From Candidatus Omnitrophota bacterium (GTDB lineage Bacteria > Omnitrophota > Omnitrophia > Omnitrophales > Aquincolibacteriaceae), in contig JBDRCT010000013.1 of the NCBI GenBank assembly GCA_043821445.1, positions 6,270-70,269 of the forward strand: a DNA stretch of 64,000 nt, read 5' to 3'. The notes under the pieces were generated by a model, which was not told the DNA's origin, did no database searches, and saw only the letters and a program-made list of their open reading frames with translations. Of this stretch, positions 31,647 to 41,274 are shown piece by piece (positions within the stretch are counted from its first letter, which is position 1; every line of letters starts with the position of its first letter). A program made the position numbers and the translations under genes.

Positions 31647-32612
31647 ATGACAGCACCTCTCAAAGTCGGTGTGGTCGGCGTAGGACATCTCGGCAAGGAA
31701 CATGCCCGGATCTATCGCGACCTCCCCGAGGCCGAACTGGTCGGGATCTCGGACCAGGACCCTGCCAAAGCGGAAAAAGCCAAAGAACTCGGCACGGCTT
31801 ATTATAAGGACCCCCGTGAATTGATCGGAAAAGTCGAGGCCGTGAGCATCGCCACCCCGACCTCCACCCACTACGCGGTCGCCAAGGAATTCCTTAAGGC
31901 CGGCATTCATACTTTGATCGAAAAACCCATTACGCTCAAACTGGAAGAAGCGGATGAACTTCTGGACCTCGCCCGTCAAAAGCATTGTGCGCTCCAGGTC
32001 GGGCACATCGAACGCCACAATCCCGGATTCAAACGCATCGAAGAGATCGCAAAAAATATCCGCTTCTTCGAGATCCATCGCCTTGGCCCTTTTACCGGCC
32101 GCATCAATGACTGCGGCGTGGTGCTTGACCTGATGATCCATGATCTGGATATCGTGCTGGGGCTTGTAAAATCCGAGGTGGCTAGTTTTGACGCTATCGG
32201 CGTGAACGTGCTCACTCCTTTTGAAGATATCGCCAATGTTCGCATGAAGTTCAAGAACGGCGCCGTAGCGGACATCACGGCTTCGCGCCTCACGTTCGAA
32301 AAGCAACGCAAGATCCGTATCTTCCAGGAGGACGCCTACATTTCCCTCGACTACGGAGCGCAAAGCTGTAAGATCTTTCGCAAAAACGGGCCGGAGATCG
32401 CCCAAGAGACCGTAGATATTGAGAAGGCCGAACCGCTTAAGGAGGAATTGAAATTTTTCCTTGCAAATATCCGGTCCGGGAAAAGTTTCGGCCATCCCGA
32501 TACTGCGGCCCGCGACGCGCTCAAACTGGCGCTCGAGATCGCGCGAAGGGTCCAAGACGAGCAACTCAAACCGGGCTTGTCCCTCCAAAATCCAAGCGTC
32601 AAGATACAATGA
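31647..32612 (+). CDS. Gfo/Idh/MocA oxidoreductase (GnnA-like UDP-GlcNAc 3-dehydrogenase candidate)
   Basis: GVVGVGHLG, IEKP, GHIERHNP, DLMIHDLD; AAGGAG RBS before ATG 31647; upstream of lpxB. Confidence 0.85.
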   Translation: MTAPLKVGVVGVGHLGKEHARIYRDLPEAELVGISDQDPAKAEKAKELGTAYYKDPRELIGKVEAVSIATPTSTHYAVAKEFLKAGIHTLIEKPITLKLEEADELLDLARQKHCALQVGHIERHNPGFKRIEEIAKNIRFFEIHRLGPFTGRINDCGVVLDLMIHDLDIVLGLVKSEVASFDAIGVNVLTPFEDIANVRMKFKNGAVADITASRLTFEKQRKIRIFQEDAYISLDYGAQSCKIFRKNGPEIAQETVDIEKAEPLKEELKFFLANIRSGKSFGHPDTAARDALKLALEIARRVQDEQLKPGLSLQNPSVKIQ

Positions 32613-32648
32613 TCAAACAAGAACCCATATGCGCTCACAAATATCATA

Positions 32649-32709
32649 GTGTCCGAGTGTCAAAGTATCAAAACACTGACACGCTGACACCTTGACACCT
32701 TTGACACTT
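32649..32709. repeat. Intergenic 8-bp periodic inverted repeat (GTGTCAAA family)
   Basis: gtgtccga-gtgtcaaa-gtatcaaa ... ctgacac-gctgacac-cttgacac-ctttgacac. Confidence 0.85.
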
Positions 32710-32720
32710 TACAAAAAATT

Positions 32721-33872
32721 ATGTCTAAAAAAATTTTTCTAGTTGCCTGCGAGGCCTCCGGTGATCTTCACGGTGCTCACCTCATTTCCGAGATCCGGAA
32801 ACTCGCACCCGGAATGGAATTCTGCGGCGTAGGCGGCGCCCATATGCAAAAGACGGGCATGCAGATCTTCCATGACATGACGAAGATCTCGGCCCTGGGC
32901 CTAGGCGACGTCCTCAGGAACTATTTCAAATATCTCAAGATCTTCAACGAAACACTTGTGGATATCCGCCGCGAAAGACCGGACGCCGTGGTCTTGATCG
33001 ACTCTCCGGCCTTCAATCTCCGGCTCGCCAAAAAGATCTCCAGGCTCGCGCCCGTCTTCTACTACATCTCCCCGCAATTGTGGGCATGGGGAAAACGGCG
33101 GATCCACATCGTGCGCAAGCATGTTCGCGAAATGCTCGTGATCCTGCCGTTCGAAAAGGACTTCTATGAAAAGGAAGGGGTGGCCGTAAAGTTCGTGGGA
33201 CATCCCCTGCTCGACGCGATCCCGGAGCTTCCGCATGCCGTGACGCTCCGCGCCCGGATCGGGATCATTCAAGGCCAAAAGGCCATCGGGCTTTTTTCGG
33301 GCTCACGGGAAAAAGAGGTCAAACGTATCCTCCCGGTCATGCTCCGGGCGGCCGCCTATCTCCGGAAGGACCTCCCCGAAGCCGTCTTTTTTATTTCAAG
33401 ATCACCGAACGTGCGCCCCGAAGTCTACGAAGAGTTGCTCAAGGATCTGTCTTTTAAAGTCGAATGTCCGTCCGTTTCATTTTATGAGCTTGTCAAAGCC
33501 ATGGACTTTGCTTACGTAGCCTCCGGGACCGCCACGCTTGAGACCGCGCTCATCGGAACGCCGTTCTTTCTTCTGTACAAGGCAAGCTGGTCGACCTATC
33601 TCCTCGGAAAATATCTCATCAAAGTTCCCTACCTCGGGCTTGTCAACCTTCTCGCGGATACCCGCGTGATCCCTGAGTTCATCCAGCGGGACGCCCATCC
33701 TGAAACGCTCGCCCATGAAGCCAAAGTGTTCCTCCGGAGCCCGGAATTACAGGAAAAAATGAAAGAGGAGTTCCGTCAGGTCAGGGAGAAGCTCGGAGAA
33801 AAAGGCGCAAGCAGAAGGGCCGCGAAGGAAATCCAGGATTTCCTGGCCGACAAAACACAGGCCGCAGGCTGA
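32721..33872 (+). CDS. lpxB: Lipid-A-disaccharide synthase
   Basis: ACEASGDLHGA, IDSPAFN, ISPQLWAWG, ILPFE, FVGHPL, SGSREKE, ASGTATLE. Confidence 0.95.
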   Translation: MSKKIFLVACEASGDLHGAHLISEIRKLAPGMEFCGVGGAHMQKTGMQIFHDMTKISALGLGDVLRNYFKYLKIFNETLVDIRRERPDAVVLIDSPAFNLRLAKKISRLAPVFYYISPQLWAWGKRRIHIVRKHVREMLVILPFEKDFYEKEGVAVKFVGHPLLDAIPELPHAVTLRARIGIIQGQKAIGLFSGSREKEVKRILPVMLRAAAYLRKDLPEAVFFISRSPNVRPEVYEELLKDLSFKVECPSVSFYELVKAMDFAYVASGTATLETALIGTPFFLLYKASWSTYLLGKYLIKVPYLGLVNLLADTRVIPEFIQRDAHPETLAHEAKVFLRSPELQEKMKEEFRQVREKLGEKGASRRAAKEIQDFLADKTQAAG

Positions 33873-33942
33873 AGACTACCGGCTCGAAACACACGCTCCC
33901 CGCGGATCATTGAACGGTATGGGGACTTCGGACTTTGTTCTA

Positions 33943-33967
33943 CCGCCTGTTGTGGCGGGTTTTTTTT
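33943..33967 (+). terminator. Rho-independent terminator
   Basis: ccgcc-tgttgt-ggcgg followed by gtttttttt. Confidence 0.65.
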
Positions 33968-33991
33968 GCAGGAAAGTCTACAGTCCCGCGA

Positions 33992-35896
33992 TCAATCGCT
34001 ATTTTCGTGGGATTTGAACTCAAGCGGCGTAACGTCCGTTACGGCGGGAGTATCTATGTCGGACGAAACCTCCGCTACATCTTCCTCCTCTTCGGAAGAA
34101 GCGTCCTCCTCCTCTTCAGAAGAAACGTCTTCCTTTTTCCAAAGACTTGAAATGCGGGACCACAGACTGGGTCTTTCAGAAAGCTGTTCCGGTTCTTCTG
34201 CGACCGCGGAAGATCCGTCCACTTGGGTCAAAGCCGTTTCCATCTCACGGTTCACCTCTGGAACCGGTTGGGGTACCGGAACCGGTTGCACTGTGACCGG
34301 AATCATCACAACCGGCGGAACCTTTTCTTCCCTCTTGGCAAGCTTGTGCTGAGCGTTCACGTCGTCGAGGATCGCTCTGTCCCGGAACCGCCGCCACTCC
34401 GCAAAATCCGCCCTCTGCTCTCCCTGGATAATGACCTGATTGATCGCATCCCCCTGGAGGTCATGAAAACCCGGCTGGTAAACTTCAACGGCTTCTTCTA
34501 ATTTTTTCACCATTTCGGGCGAAAAGAATTTCTTTTTCTCCTGAAGTTCGAATGAGGAAACAATATGAGGCGTAATGATCACGACCAGTTCGACATCCCC
34601 TCTGGAATATTCCTTGCGCTGGAACAAAAATTTCAGCCCGGGAAGATCTCCGAGGATCGGCAGTTTTCTTTGGACCTCCGAGATCCGTTGAGTGATCATC
34701 CCGCCGACCATCAAGGTCTCGCCGTCTTTTAACTCCGCAACGGTTTCATGTTTTCTTTCGATGATGCTCGGGACCGTATTCCCGCCGAGCGTGACCGTGT
34801 TTGCATAGTCAAGCTCACTGACCTCGGTCTTAACTTTCAGACGGATCACGTTGTTATCGAGGATCTCCGGCGTAAAATTCAACTGCGTTCCGTAACTTTT
34901 GTAATCGATCTCGATGGCCGTCGCTGTCTGCAAAGGCACGGGATATTCGCCTCCGACCAGGAACTTGGCCTCTTCTCCGTCTTTGGCAAGCAGATTAGGC
35001 CGGGCAATAAGTTTGAGAACATTTTTGCTTTGAAGCCATTCGAGAATGGGCGCATAAGTAAAATTCTTCCCGAAGACCGTCGCGACGATATCCGCACTGC
35101 TCGTGCTGTCAAGATCAGAGAATGCGGGTCCGACCATAGACCCGAAAGGCTGTTTAGCGAATGGACTTGGCCTTACCAGGTTCGTAGCGTCCGTATTGAG
35201 CGCATTGCCACCATAAAGGGACCGGAAGGAGGCAACATGGTTTCGAGTCGTAAGAAACGCCTCAAGATCAAGACCATAATCTTCGGCACCGTTCCGCGTG
35301 ATCTCGGCAAACCGCACCTCCAAGAGGATCTGCTTGGGGTCTTTAACGGTTACGAAGCTGACGGCTTTGGCGTCATAAGACGTGACCGCTTGGGCGATCT
35401 GCTTGAGTTTCGCCGCCGTACTTGTCATACCGTAAACAGCCAAAGTCTCATTAAAAGGAACGACTCGAAAAAAATTGTCCGGGTCAATGCTCTTCAGGAT
35501 ATCTTTTAATTTGTCCGTATCCAAGACAGAATAGACGTCATAGGTGGCGATCTTGTCCTTGTCGTCCCAAACGATCAGATTGGAGAGCCCGGGTTTCTTC
35601 GCATAGATCAGGATCTCCTTAGGACTGAGCGGCGTAAAATCACAAAGCTCGGAATTCGACACGGCTGTCCTTGCAATATTCCGGTCAAAACGCAGAACCT
35701 GAGAAGTATCCTTGGAAAGGTAAAGAGTATCGGAACGCGCAACATCATTGGAGGGCCATTGCAAATAACGGACCCGGACATCCATGTTACTGTTGGCTTC
35801 TGCAAAAAGAGGGGATGCCGGAACACACGTAAAGAACATCGCGAAGATCACAAGCCCACGCACCCACGGGTAAAAACATGAGACCTTATGTGCCAT
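33992..35896 (-). CDS. cpaC: Tad pilus secretin CpaC/RcpA
   Basis: KPGLSNLIVWD N-domain; QILLEVRFAEI, ARPNL, FLVGGEYPVP, LPILGDLP, ELVVIITPHIV secretin motifs; acidic tail. Start taken at MAHKV (35896). Confidence 0.9.
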   Translation of the reverse strand: MAHKVSCFYPWVRGLVIFAMFFTCVPASPLFAEANSNMDVRVRYLQWPSNDVARSDTLYLSKDTSQVLRFDRNIARTAVSNSELCDFTPLSPKEILIYAKKPGLSNLIVWDDKDKIATYDVYSVLDTDKLKDILKSIDPDNFFRVVPFNETLAVYGMTSTAAKLKQIAQAVTSYDAKAVSFVTVKDPKQILLEVRFAEITRNGAEDYGLDLEAFLTTRNHVASFRSLYGGNALNTDATNLVRPSPFAKQPFGSMVGPAFSDLDSTSSADIVATVFGKNFTYAPILEWLQSKNVLKLIARPNLLAKDGEEAKFLVGGEYPVPLQTATAIEIDYKSYGTQLNFTPEILDNNVIRLKVKTEVSELDYANTVTLGGNTVPSIIERKHETVAELKDGETLMVGGMITQRISEVQRKLPILGDLPGLKFLFQRKEYSRGDVELVVIITPHIVSSFELQEKKKFFSPEMVKKLEEAVEVYQPGFHDLQGDAINQVIIQGEQRADFAEWRRFRDRAILDDVNAQHKLAKREEKVPPVVMIPVTVQPVPVPQPVPEVNREMETALTQVDGSSAVAEEPEQLSERPSLWSRISSLWKKEDVSSEEEEDASSEEEEDVAEVSSDIDTPAVTDVTPLEFKSHENSD

Positions 35897-36806
35897 AAGA
35901 TTCCGCGCCTTCCCTTCCTTTAAATGTTTTTCCTGTTTCAGACTCGGATGAAAACCTCTTGGGAGAGACACTGCTAAGAGCCTTCTCCAGCAACGTAGGA
36001 ACCCCTTTCCCGGCACGGGACGCCTCATCCTCGTTCAGGAAAATAACACTGGGTTTATGTTCGACCCCCTTGATGATCTTCATGGTGCCTTGATTCTGTT
36101 CGGCCGACGGCTTTTGACCTTGTCCGGACAAAAGACTCATCCGGATCTTCCCCTTGGCCATGGCACTGAATACTGTCTCAGCCTCTTCGGGTAAAAAAGC
36201 GAGAGTGATTTTTTGAATCATTTCGTCGCGATTTTTTTGGACAGCAATGATCGGGACCGAGTAAGCAAGGGTGGTGAGAACCGTTTTTCCCTGCATATCC
36301 GTGATGTCTCCCATGATATCGGCATATTGCCCGGACGCCACCCGGTTTGTCACACCGACGATCTCGTTTAAGTCAAGGGTCACGGCCTGCATGCCAGGTG
36401 GGATCGGAAGCGATTCTTCAGAAACCTTTGGGGCCTCTGCCACCGGAACCTCGACCTGAGAGCGAAGAATAGGAGCACCTTTTTCGACCGCCTCTTTCAA
36501 CTTTTTTCCGATCACGTCCTCTTTTTGAAGAAAAAGATCATCTGCATTCGTGGACGCCTTTAAAGGAGCGGAAAAGGCAAGATCCTCCGCGGCTAAAACA
36601 GCATCCTTCTCCAAAGATCCGGCGGCCACCACACACCGCGCTCCTTCTGAAACGACGACCCTAGGAGGAGCCGGCTTTTTAACATAGATCACAAATGCTA
36701 AAAGGCCGCAGATGACAGCTACGATCAATGCGGTAAACTCTTTTCGCCCCATGGGACCCTTTTTATATAGAGATTGAGAAGTACCCCAGATAGTGTTTTC
36801 GGTCAC
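35886..36806 (-). CDS. cpaB: Flp pilus assembly protein CpaB/RcpC
   Basis: N-terminal TM, SAF domain (VVAAGSL...VIGKKL), IPPGMQAVTL, GQYADI; start uncertain (36752 possible). Confidence 0.85.
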   Translation of the reverse strand: MTENTIWGTSQSLYKKGPMGRKEFTALIVAVICGLLAFVIYVKKPAPPRVVVSEGARCVVAAGSLEKDAVLAAEDLAFSAPLKASTNADDLFLQKEDVIGKKLKEAVEKGAPILRSQVEVPVAEAPKVSEESLPIPPGMQAVTLDLNEIVGVTNRVASGQYADIMGDITDMQGKTVLTTLAYSVPIIAVQKNRDEMIQKITLAFLPEEAETVFSAMAKGKIRMSLLSGQGQKPSAEQNQGTMKIIKGVEHKPSVIFLNEDEASRAGKGVPTLLEKALSSVSPKRFSSESETGKTFKGREGAESYGT

Positions 36807-36830
36807 TCAAATGAATTCTTGAGGGGTTTT

Positions 36831-37907
36831 TCAAAAAGTAATGTCCGGGGCCCGGCGATTGACGGCGAGACGGTTTTTCCCCTGTTTCTTGGCAAGTCTC
36901 AAAACATCGTCCGCTAATTTGAACCATTGCGTGTAAGGAGCGCGGACATTGATAACGACAAGACCGATACTGATCGTAAAATGCAGGAGTTGCCCCGTTT
37001 CAAGCGTCAGCGAGATCATGGAAACGGCCGTTCGCAGTTCGTTTGCGAATTTTTCAGCCTCCGCCCCCCCCTTATCCTGCAAGAGGATCACAAACTCATC
37101 CCCTCCGTAACGGATCGCAAAGTCTTCCGGTTTCAGAAAGTTTCGTATCTCCCGGGACAAAAGCCTTAGGACCTCATCTCCGACGAGATGCCCATGCCCA
37201 TCATTGATCGATTTAAAATCATCCACATCAAGGATCATGAGAGAAAGAACATGGGAAGGAACAAAGGTGTCGATCAAAGACTGACATTGGATCTCAAGAA
37301 ATTGCCGCGTCAGAAATCCCGTGAGGAGATCTTTGGGAAGCACCGTGGCATCTTTTTCTTTTTCAGCTAAGCCTTTCCTGATCTCTAGCGTAAAACCGCA
37401 ATGCGAGAAAACCTGTGAAAAGGTTCTCTTAGAAGAGGGTCCCGTCCGTGCCCTCAAAAACAATTTTCCATCAAGAAAACCCTGCACTCCCGAGGAGGCG
37501 AGCTTCGAGATCTCCCACAATGCCCCAAAAAGCCTTTCTTCAACAACGTCGGATAATTTGACCTCGAAATGGCTTGTTTGGGGCGGGACAACGATCTCCC
37601 GGGTTGAAACCCCATTGTGCACTAAATTGGAGAACCACGTCGTCCAGAAGATCTTTGAGATAATGACCTCGCAGGGCATAGGGTTACTCAAGAAAAGGGA
37701 GACCTTGATCGAGTAAAGCTCCATGTGAGAACTTTTTTCGATGACGATCTTCTGTCCAGCTAATGCCGGTTCGACGATCAGATCGGACGTGCCGGACCGG
37801 ACCACTCCTCCCGCAATACCGGCCCGGACCTTTTTTCGTTTCAAAAATTTAGGAAATAAAATGAACAACACGGCGACCAGAACACCGCCCGCAAGAAAAG
37901 TTTCCAC
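36831..37907 (-). CDS. Membrane-anchored diguanylate cyclase (GGDEF)
   Basis: DLLTGFLTR, LDVDDFKSINDGHGHLVGDEVL, RYGGDEF, TISIG, AKKQGKN. Confidence 0.9.
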   Translation of the reverse strand: METFLAGGVLVAVLFILFPKFLKRKKVRAGIAGGVVRSGTSDLIVEPALAGQKIVIEKSSHMELYSIKVSLFLSNPMPCEVIISKIFWTTWFSNLVHNGVSTREIVVPPQTSHFEVKLSDVVEERLFGALWEISKLASSGVQGFLDGKLFLRARTGPSSKRTFSQVFSHCGFTLEIRKGLAEKEKDATVLPKDLLTGFLTRQFLEIQCQSLIDTFVPSHVLSLMILDVDDFKSINDGHGHLVGDEVLRLLSREIRNFLKPEDFAIRYGGDEFVILLQDKGGAEAEKFANELRTAVSMISLTLETGQLLHFTISIGLVVINVRAPYTQWFKLADDVLRLAKKQGKNRLAVNRRAPDITF

Positions 37908-37964
37908 AAACCCCTCTTTTCTGAAGCAAATCGTTCTCCAACAATATTGTTTAAACTTTTTTAA

Positions 37965-38588
37965 TCAGCTGGCACTCGCGGCATAAATCGTATTATTCAA
38001 AAGAGGGAAAGAAAAAGTAAAATCCCAAAAGTTGATCGACCTCGGAATGCTTCTAGATGCCTGATGTCTATAAAAGATTTCGCAGGTAAAAAGCCCTCCG
38101 ATTTCCCTTATAAGGTTGTAATTCCCGCCGCCCGCGGATGCCACATCAAAATCCGAAGCGTTATTATATTTAGAAACCCCTGACAGGGCACCGCGTTGCA
38201 CGGGATTCGTTGTCCCGGCGACCGGCGGAGTTTTTATGACTTCCGTGGGCACTGCGGGGTTCATTTGCCAAGAAGTCATGATGATCCTGAAGTCCCCATT
38301 GGCAACCGGCGTGGAGGAAGTTGCCAGCACACGGGTAAGGATCTCCATGGTATTATTCGCAACCCGGTCCAAACAAACAAGACGCTCTCTTGCGTCCGTG
38401 GCCCCCCTGCAGTCATGAAAAGCGGTCTGGGCCGCTTCACGGCTTAGCGTCTCGATCTTTTGACCTGCCAGAAAAAAAAGGGAATATTCCGTAAAGATCA
38501 TGAGCAGCAATATCAAGACAGGCCCCAGGATAGCCACTTCGATCATCGCTTGCCCCCGGCTGCCTTTTCGTGTTTTTTTCCCGGTCAT
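37965..38588 (-). CDS. TadE-like pseudopilin
   Basis: SRG|QAMIE prepilin site, hydrophobic helix, SREAA motif. Confidence 0.85.
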   Translation of the reverse strand: MTGKKTRKGSRGQAMIEVAILGPVLILLLMIFTEYSLFFLAGQKIETLSREAAQTAFHDCRGATDARERLVCLDRVANNTMEILTRVLATSSTPVANGDFRIIMTSWQMNPAVPTEVIKTPPVAGTTNPVQRGALSGVSKYNNASDFDVASAGGGNYNLIREIGGLFTCEIFYRHQASRSIPRSINFWDFTFSFPLLNNTIYAASAS

Positions 38589-39016
38589 GGAGGTGTCTCC
38601 GCATATCCATGGACTCTTATGGTAACCTGAGGCGCCATCGAAAACCCCTGAAAGACCACTCTCAGGAAAGGCCCGAAATCAACCGTCCGTTGAAGCGTAA
38701 TGACCGCCAAAGGGCGGGGCCCTTGATGCCAGGCGAGATCATTGCCTCCGAACCTGACCGTCGCGACCAATCCGGTATTAACTCCTAAGGATGTGGCATT
38801 CGCTGTAATATTCGCTCGGGTCGTCGCTGCACTCTTTTGCATCTGGACATCCTGCAGACCGCGACCGAGAACAAATTGCAGGCTCACCCAATTGTAACCA
38901 AGGTTGATCCCATCCCAAAGGAACATGAAAAAAGCGAGAGCGATCAAAAGCGCAAAGGCCGTCTCAACGCTGCTCTGTCCTTTGCTGTTCTTATGCCTCG
39001 CCGCGATCTTCATCAT
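38585..39016 (-). CDS. TadE-like pseudopilin
   Basis: Start MMKIAARH; SKG|QSSVE prepilin site followed by a hydrophobic helix. Confidence 0.8.
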   Translation of the reverse strand: MMKIAARHKNSKGQSSVETAFALLIALAFFMFLWDGINLGYNWVSLQFVLGRGLQDVQMQKSAATTRANITANATSLGVNTGLVATVRFGGNDLAWHQGPRPLAVITLQRTVDFGPFLRVVFQGFSMAPQVTIRVHGYAETPP

Positions 39017-39375
39017 AGGATCCCGTCCTGAAAAATGAGTCGCTCCCCCACCGCACATGCTCCGGGCATGGGCGAGCGGAACTCTAAAATGGAATAAGCC
39101 TTCGTAAAAAAAGGCGACAACCTCCAAGGCTTTAACGCATCCAACCGGGCAATGACTTTATGGTCTCTATCCAACGCAAGAATGTCGATGGGAAATCTCA
39201 TGCCCCACGTATGGACACTACGACAGGGAACCAGCCAGCAGGCTTCTCCCTCCGGGAAATCCGGGCGAAACAAAAGCCCCCTGCAACGGCTCAGAAGATC
39301 ATCACAAACCCAAACCCGCCGAGCCAGGACATTACCGTTTTGTGTTTTTAACTGGTGTAATGGTTCTAATTTCAT
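39013..39375 (-). CDS. DUF192 family protein
   Basis: RCRGLLFR, PCRSVHTWGMRFPIDILALD, ILE. Confidence 0.85.
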   Translation of the reverse strand: MKLEPLHQLKTQNGNVLARRVWVCDDLLSRCRGLLFRPDFPEGEACWLVPCRSVHTWGMRFPIDILALDRDHKVIARLDALKPWRLSPFFTKAYSILEFRSPMPGACAVGERLIFQDGIL

Positions 39376-40297
39376 AAGTTTTTTTATCCATGGACGGCTG
39401 CTCTTTTTCCACCGTAAATTTCAAGGCGTTCATCAGTCTATAAAAAGCCGGCCCGCAACTAATCGGCATCATGGCTCCTGTCAGGATCAGCACGATCGGA
39501 AAAACAAGTTTGACAGGGATTTTGAACGCCTTTTCCCTGATCCTTTGACGGTACTTATCCCGGAATTCAGCCGCCTGGACCCGTAAGGTCTGGCCCAGCC
39601 CCAACCCCAGCTTTTCCGATTGAGTGATCGTGCTAAGGATCGAAGTGACCTCCGGCATATCACACCGTTGCGCCATCCGGGTACAAGCACTCGACAGCGG
39701 AAGTCCCCCAAGATACTCATGATAAAGCAGGTCCAGTTCCTTGCTAAGCGGCGAATTTTTATCACTTTCTTTAAGGGTCCACGCCAAAGAAGCCATAAAA
39801 TTCAGCCCCGATTCAATGCAGATGATCAAAAGATCCAGCTGGTCCGGAAGGGCCCTCAAAATAGCCTGTTTCCGTTTTTGCCGCATTTTAGAAATAGACC
39901 ATCGTAACAGAAAATAAAAAAACGCTCCTGCGAAAAGCGACAGCATCAGCGTGTCTGCATTGAATTTATTGGTCAGAAGTGCCATGGCGATGATGGCGAG
40001 CGGCAAAAAAATGGCAAAACGGAAAGCGAGTTTAAAAAAACCGTAAATGCTTTTGCGGAAAATCCCTGCCTCGATCAACTGCTTTTTTAAATGGTCTTTT
40101 TCAATGTCCTCGACGTTCTCTTTTCTCCATTGTTTCTCATCCAGCGTATAAGGCAGATGAACTTCTTCGTTCGAGACCGGATCAAAAAGCCGGGTCCGGC
40201 TCTTGCGATTTTCAAGAAACTCCCCCAAGAAAATCATGACCGCCCACGAAAAACATCCTGCGGCCAATGAAATCAAAACGACGTCCCACGTGATCAA
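39332..40297 (-). CDS. tadC: TadC (T2SS F-family platform protein)
   Basis: LPDQLDLLIICIESGL, QSEKLG, LRVQA, EKAFKIPVKLVFP. Confidence 0.9.
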   Translation of the reverse strand: MITWDVVLISLAAGCFSWAVMIFLGEFLENRKSRTRLFDPVSNEEVHLPYTLDEKQWRKENVEDIEKDHLKKQLIEAGIFRKSIYGFFKLAFRFAIFLPLAIIAMALLTNKFNADTLMLSLFAGAFFYFLLRWSISKMRQKRKQAILRALPDQLDLLIICIESGLNFMASLAWTLKESDKNSPLSKELDLLYHEYLGGLPLSSACTRMAQRCDMPEVTSILSTITQSEKLGLGLGQTLRVQAAEFRDKYRQRIREKAFKIPVKLVFPIVLILTGAMMPISCGPAFYRLMNALKFTVEKEQPSMDKKTYEIRTITPVKNTKR

Positions 40298-40310
40298 GGT
40301 CTTCCCTCCT

Positions 40311-41261
40311 TCAATCGCTGACCTTAATGATCTTTTGGATCATCAAATAAGCCAGCGAAACAGAAAGAACCGCCACTCCGGCGGTCCATTTTCCGATCTC
40401 GGCATTTAGAAAACCGACAAAATTCTCGTGATCCATGAAAAACCAGATCCCCGCCACAAAGACAGGCACCAAGACCAGAACAAACGACGTGAACGTGCCT
40501 TGAGCGCTCAAAACGTGGATCTCCCTTTGTATCGTAAGCCGTTCCCGGATCGTATTCTGAAGGTTTACAAGGACCTCACTGAGATTCCCTCCCAGCTGAT
40601 TGTGAATAGCGATCGCCGTGGCCAAGATCTGAACCTCTCGCTTCGGGATCCTTTTGTAAAGATTATGGACCGCTTTTTCCAGAGACGCTCCGAAAGCCAC
40701 CTCCCCGGATACGATCTTGAATTCAAGCGCAACGGGATAGGGCGCGTTTTGCACGACTTCCTTGATCGCTCTCTCCAGGCTAAGGCCCACCTTGATGCCG
40801 CCGCTTAGGGTCATAAGGCCTTCCGGGAGCCGCTCGCAAAATAAATCGATGTATTTTTGATTCTTCTTCCGAAGGTATACGATCGGCAAAACACCCGCCA
40901 CGCCCGAAAGAACGATGGCGATAAGCGAAGGGACCCTGCCCGCAAGGAGCAACAAACAGATTGCCGCCAGGAAAAAACAGCCCAAAAAAAAGACGGCTAC
41001 AGAGATCCCCCATTTGGCCCGTCTGAGATAAAGCAGCAGCGTTTTGGAAACGGACCGCTTGCGAAGGAATTTTTGAATAAAGGCGATGTTACTGAGTCGT
41101 GTATGATGTTTGAACGGAATCCCGGGACGTTGGAGATCTTTGGAAAAACGATCTGCCGCAAGTTGGGCTCCAGCCAATTTTTTCGGAAGGAAGACCCACT
41201 GGACAATGAGCCCTGCGATCAAAAAAATCGAGACCGCCATGAGTAGAGCCCCTAAGATCAT
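40311..41261 (-). CDS. tadB: TadB (T2SS F-family platform protein)
   Basis: LPEGL...GLSL, PVALEF, QLGGNLSEVL, IRER, LSAQG. Confidence 0.9.
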   Translation of the reverse strand: MILGALLMAVSIFLIAGLIVQWVFLPKKLAGAQLAADRFSKDLQRPGIPFKHHTRLSNIAFIQKFLRKRSVSKTLLLYLRRAKWGISVAVFFLGCFFLAAICLLLLAGRVPSLIAIVLSGVAGVLPIVYLRKKNQKYIDLFCERLPEGLMTLSGGIKVGLSLERAIKEVVQNAPYPVALEFKIVSGEVAFGASLEKAVHNLYKRIPKREVQILATAIAIHNQLGGNLSEVLVNLQNTIRERLTIQREIHVLSAQGTFTSFVLVLVPVFVAGIWFFMDHENFVGFLNAEIGKWTAGVAVLSVSLAYLMIQKIIKVSD

Positions 41262-41274
41262 TGTTGCTTCCTTT

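Noticed and set aside
29670-32609. 459-aa (+) and 338-aa (-) ORFs
   Set aside because: Shadows of the msbA-like and Gfo/Idh/MocA genes.
33873-33942. Possible ncRNA between lpxB and its terminator
   Set aside because: No recognisable RNA family motif; insufficient support.
34075-34130. 24-bp tandem repeat (SSEEEED x2) in the secretin tail
   Set aside because: Ordinary low-complexity acidic linker.
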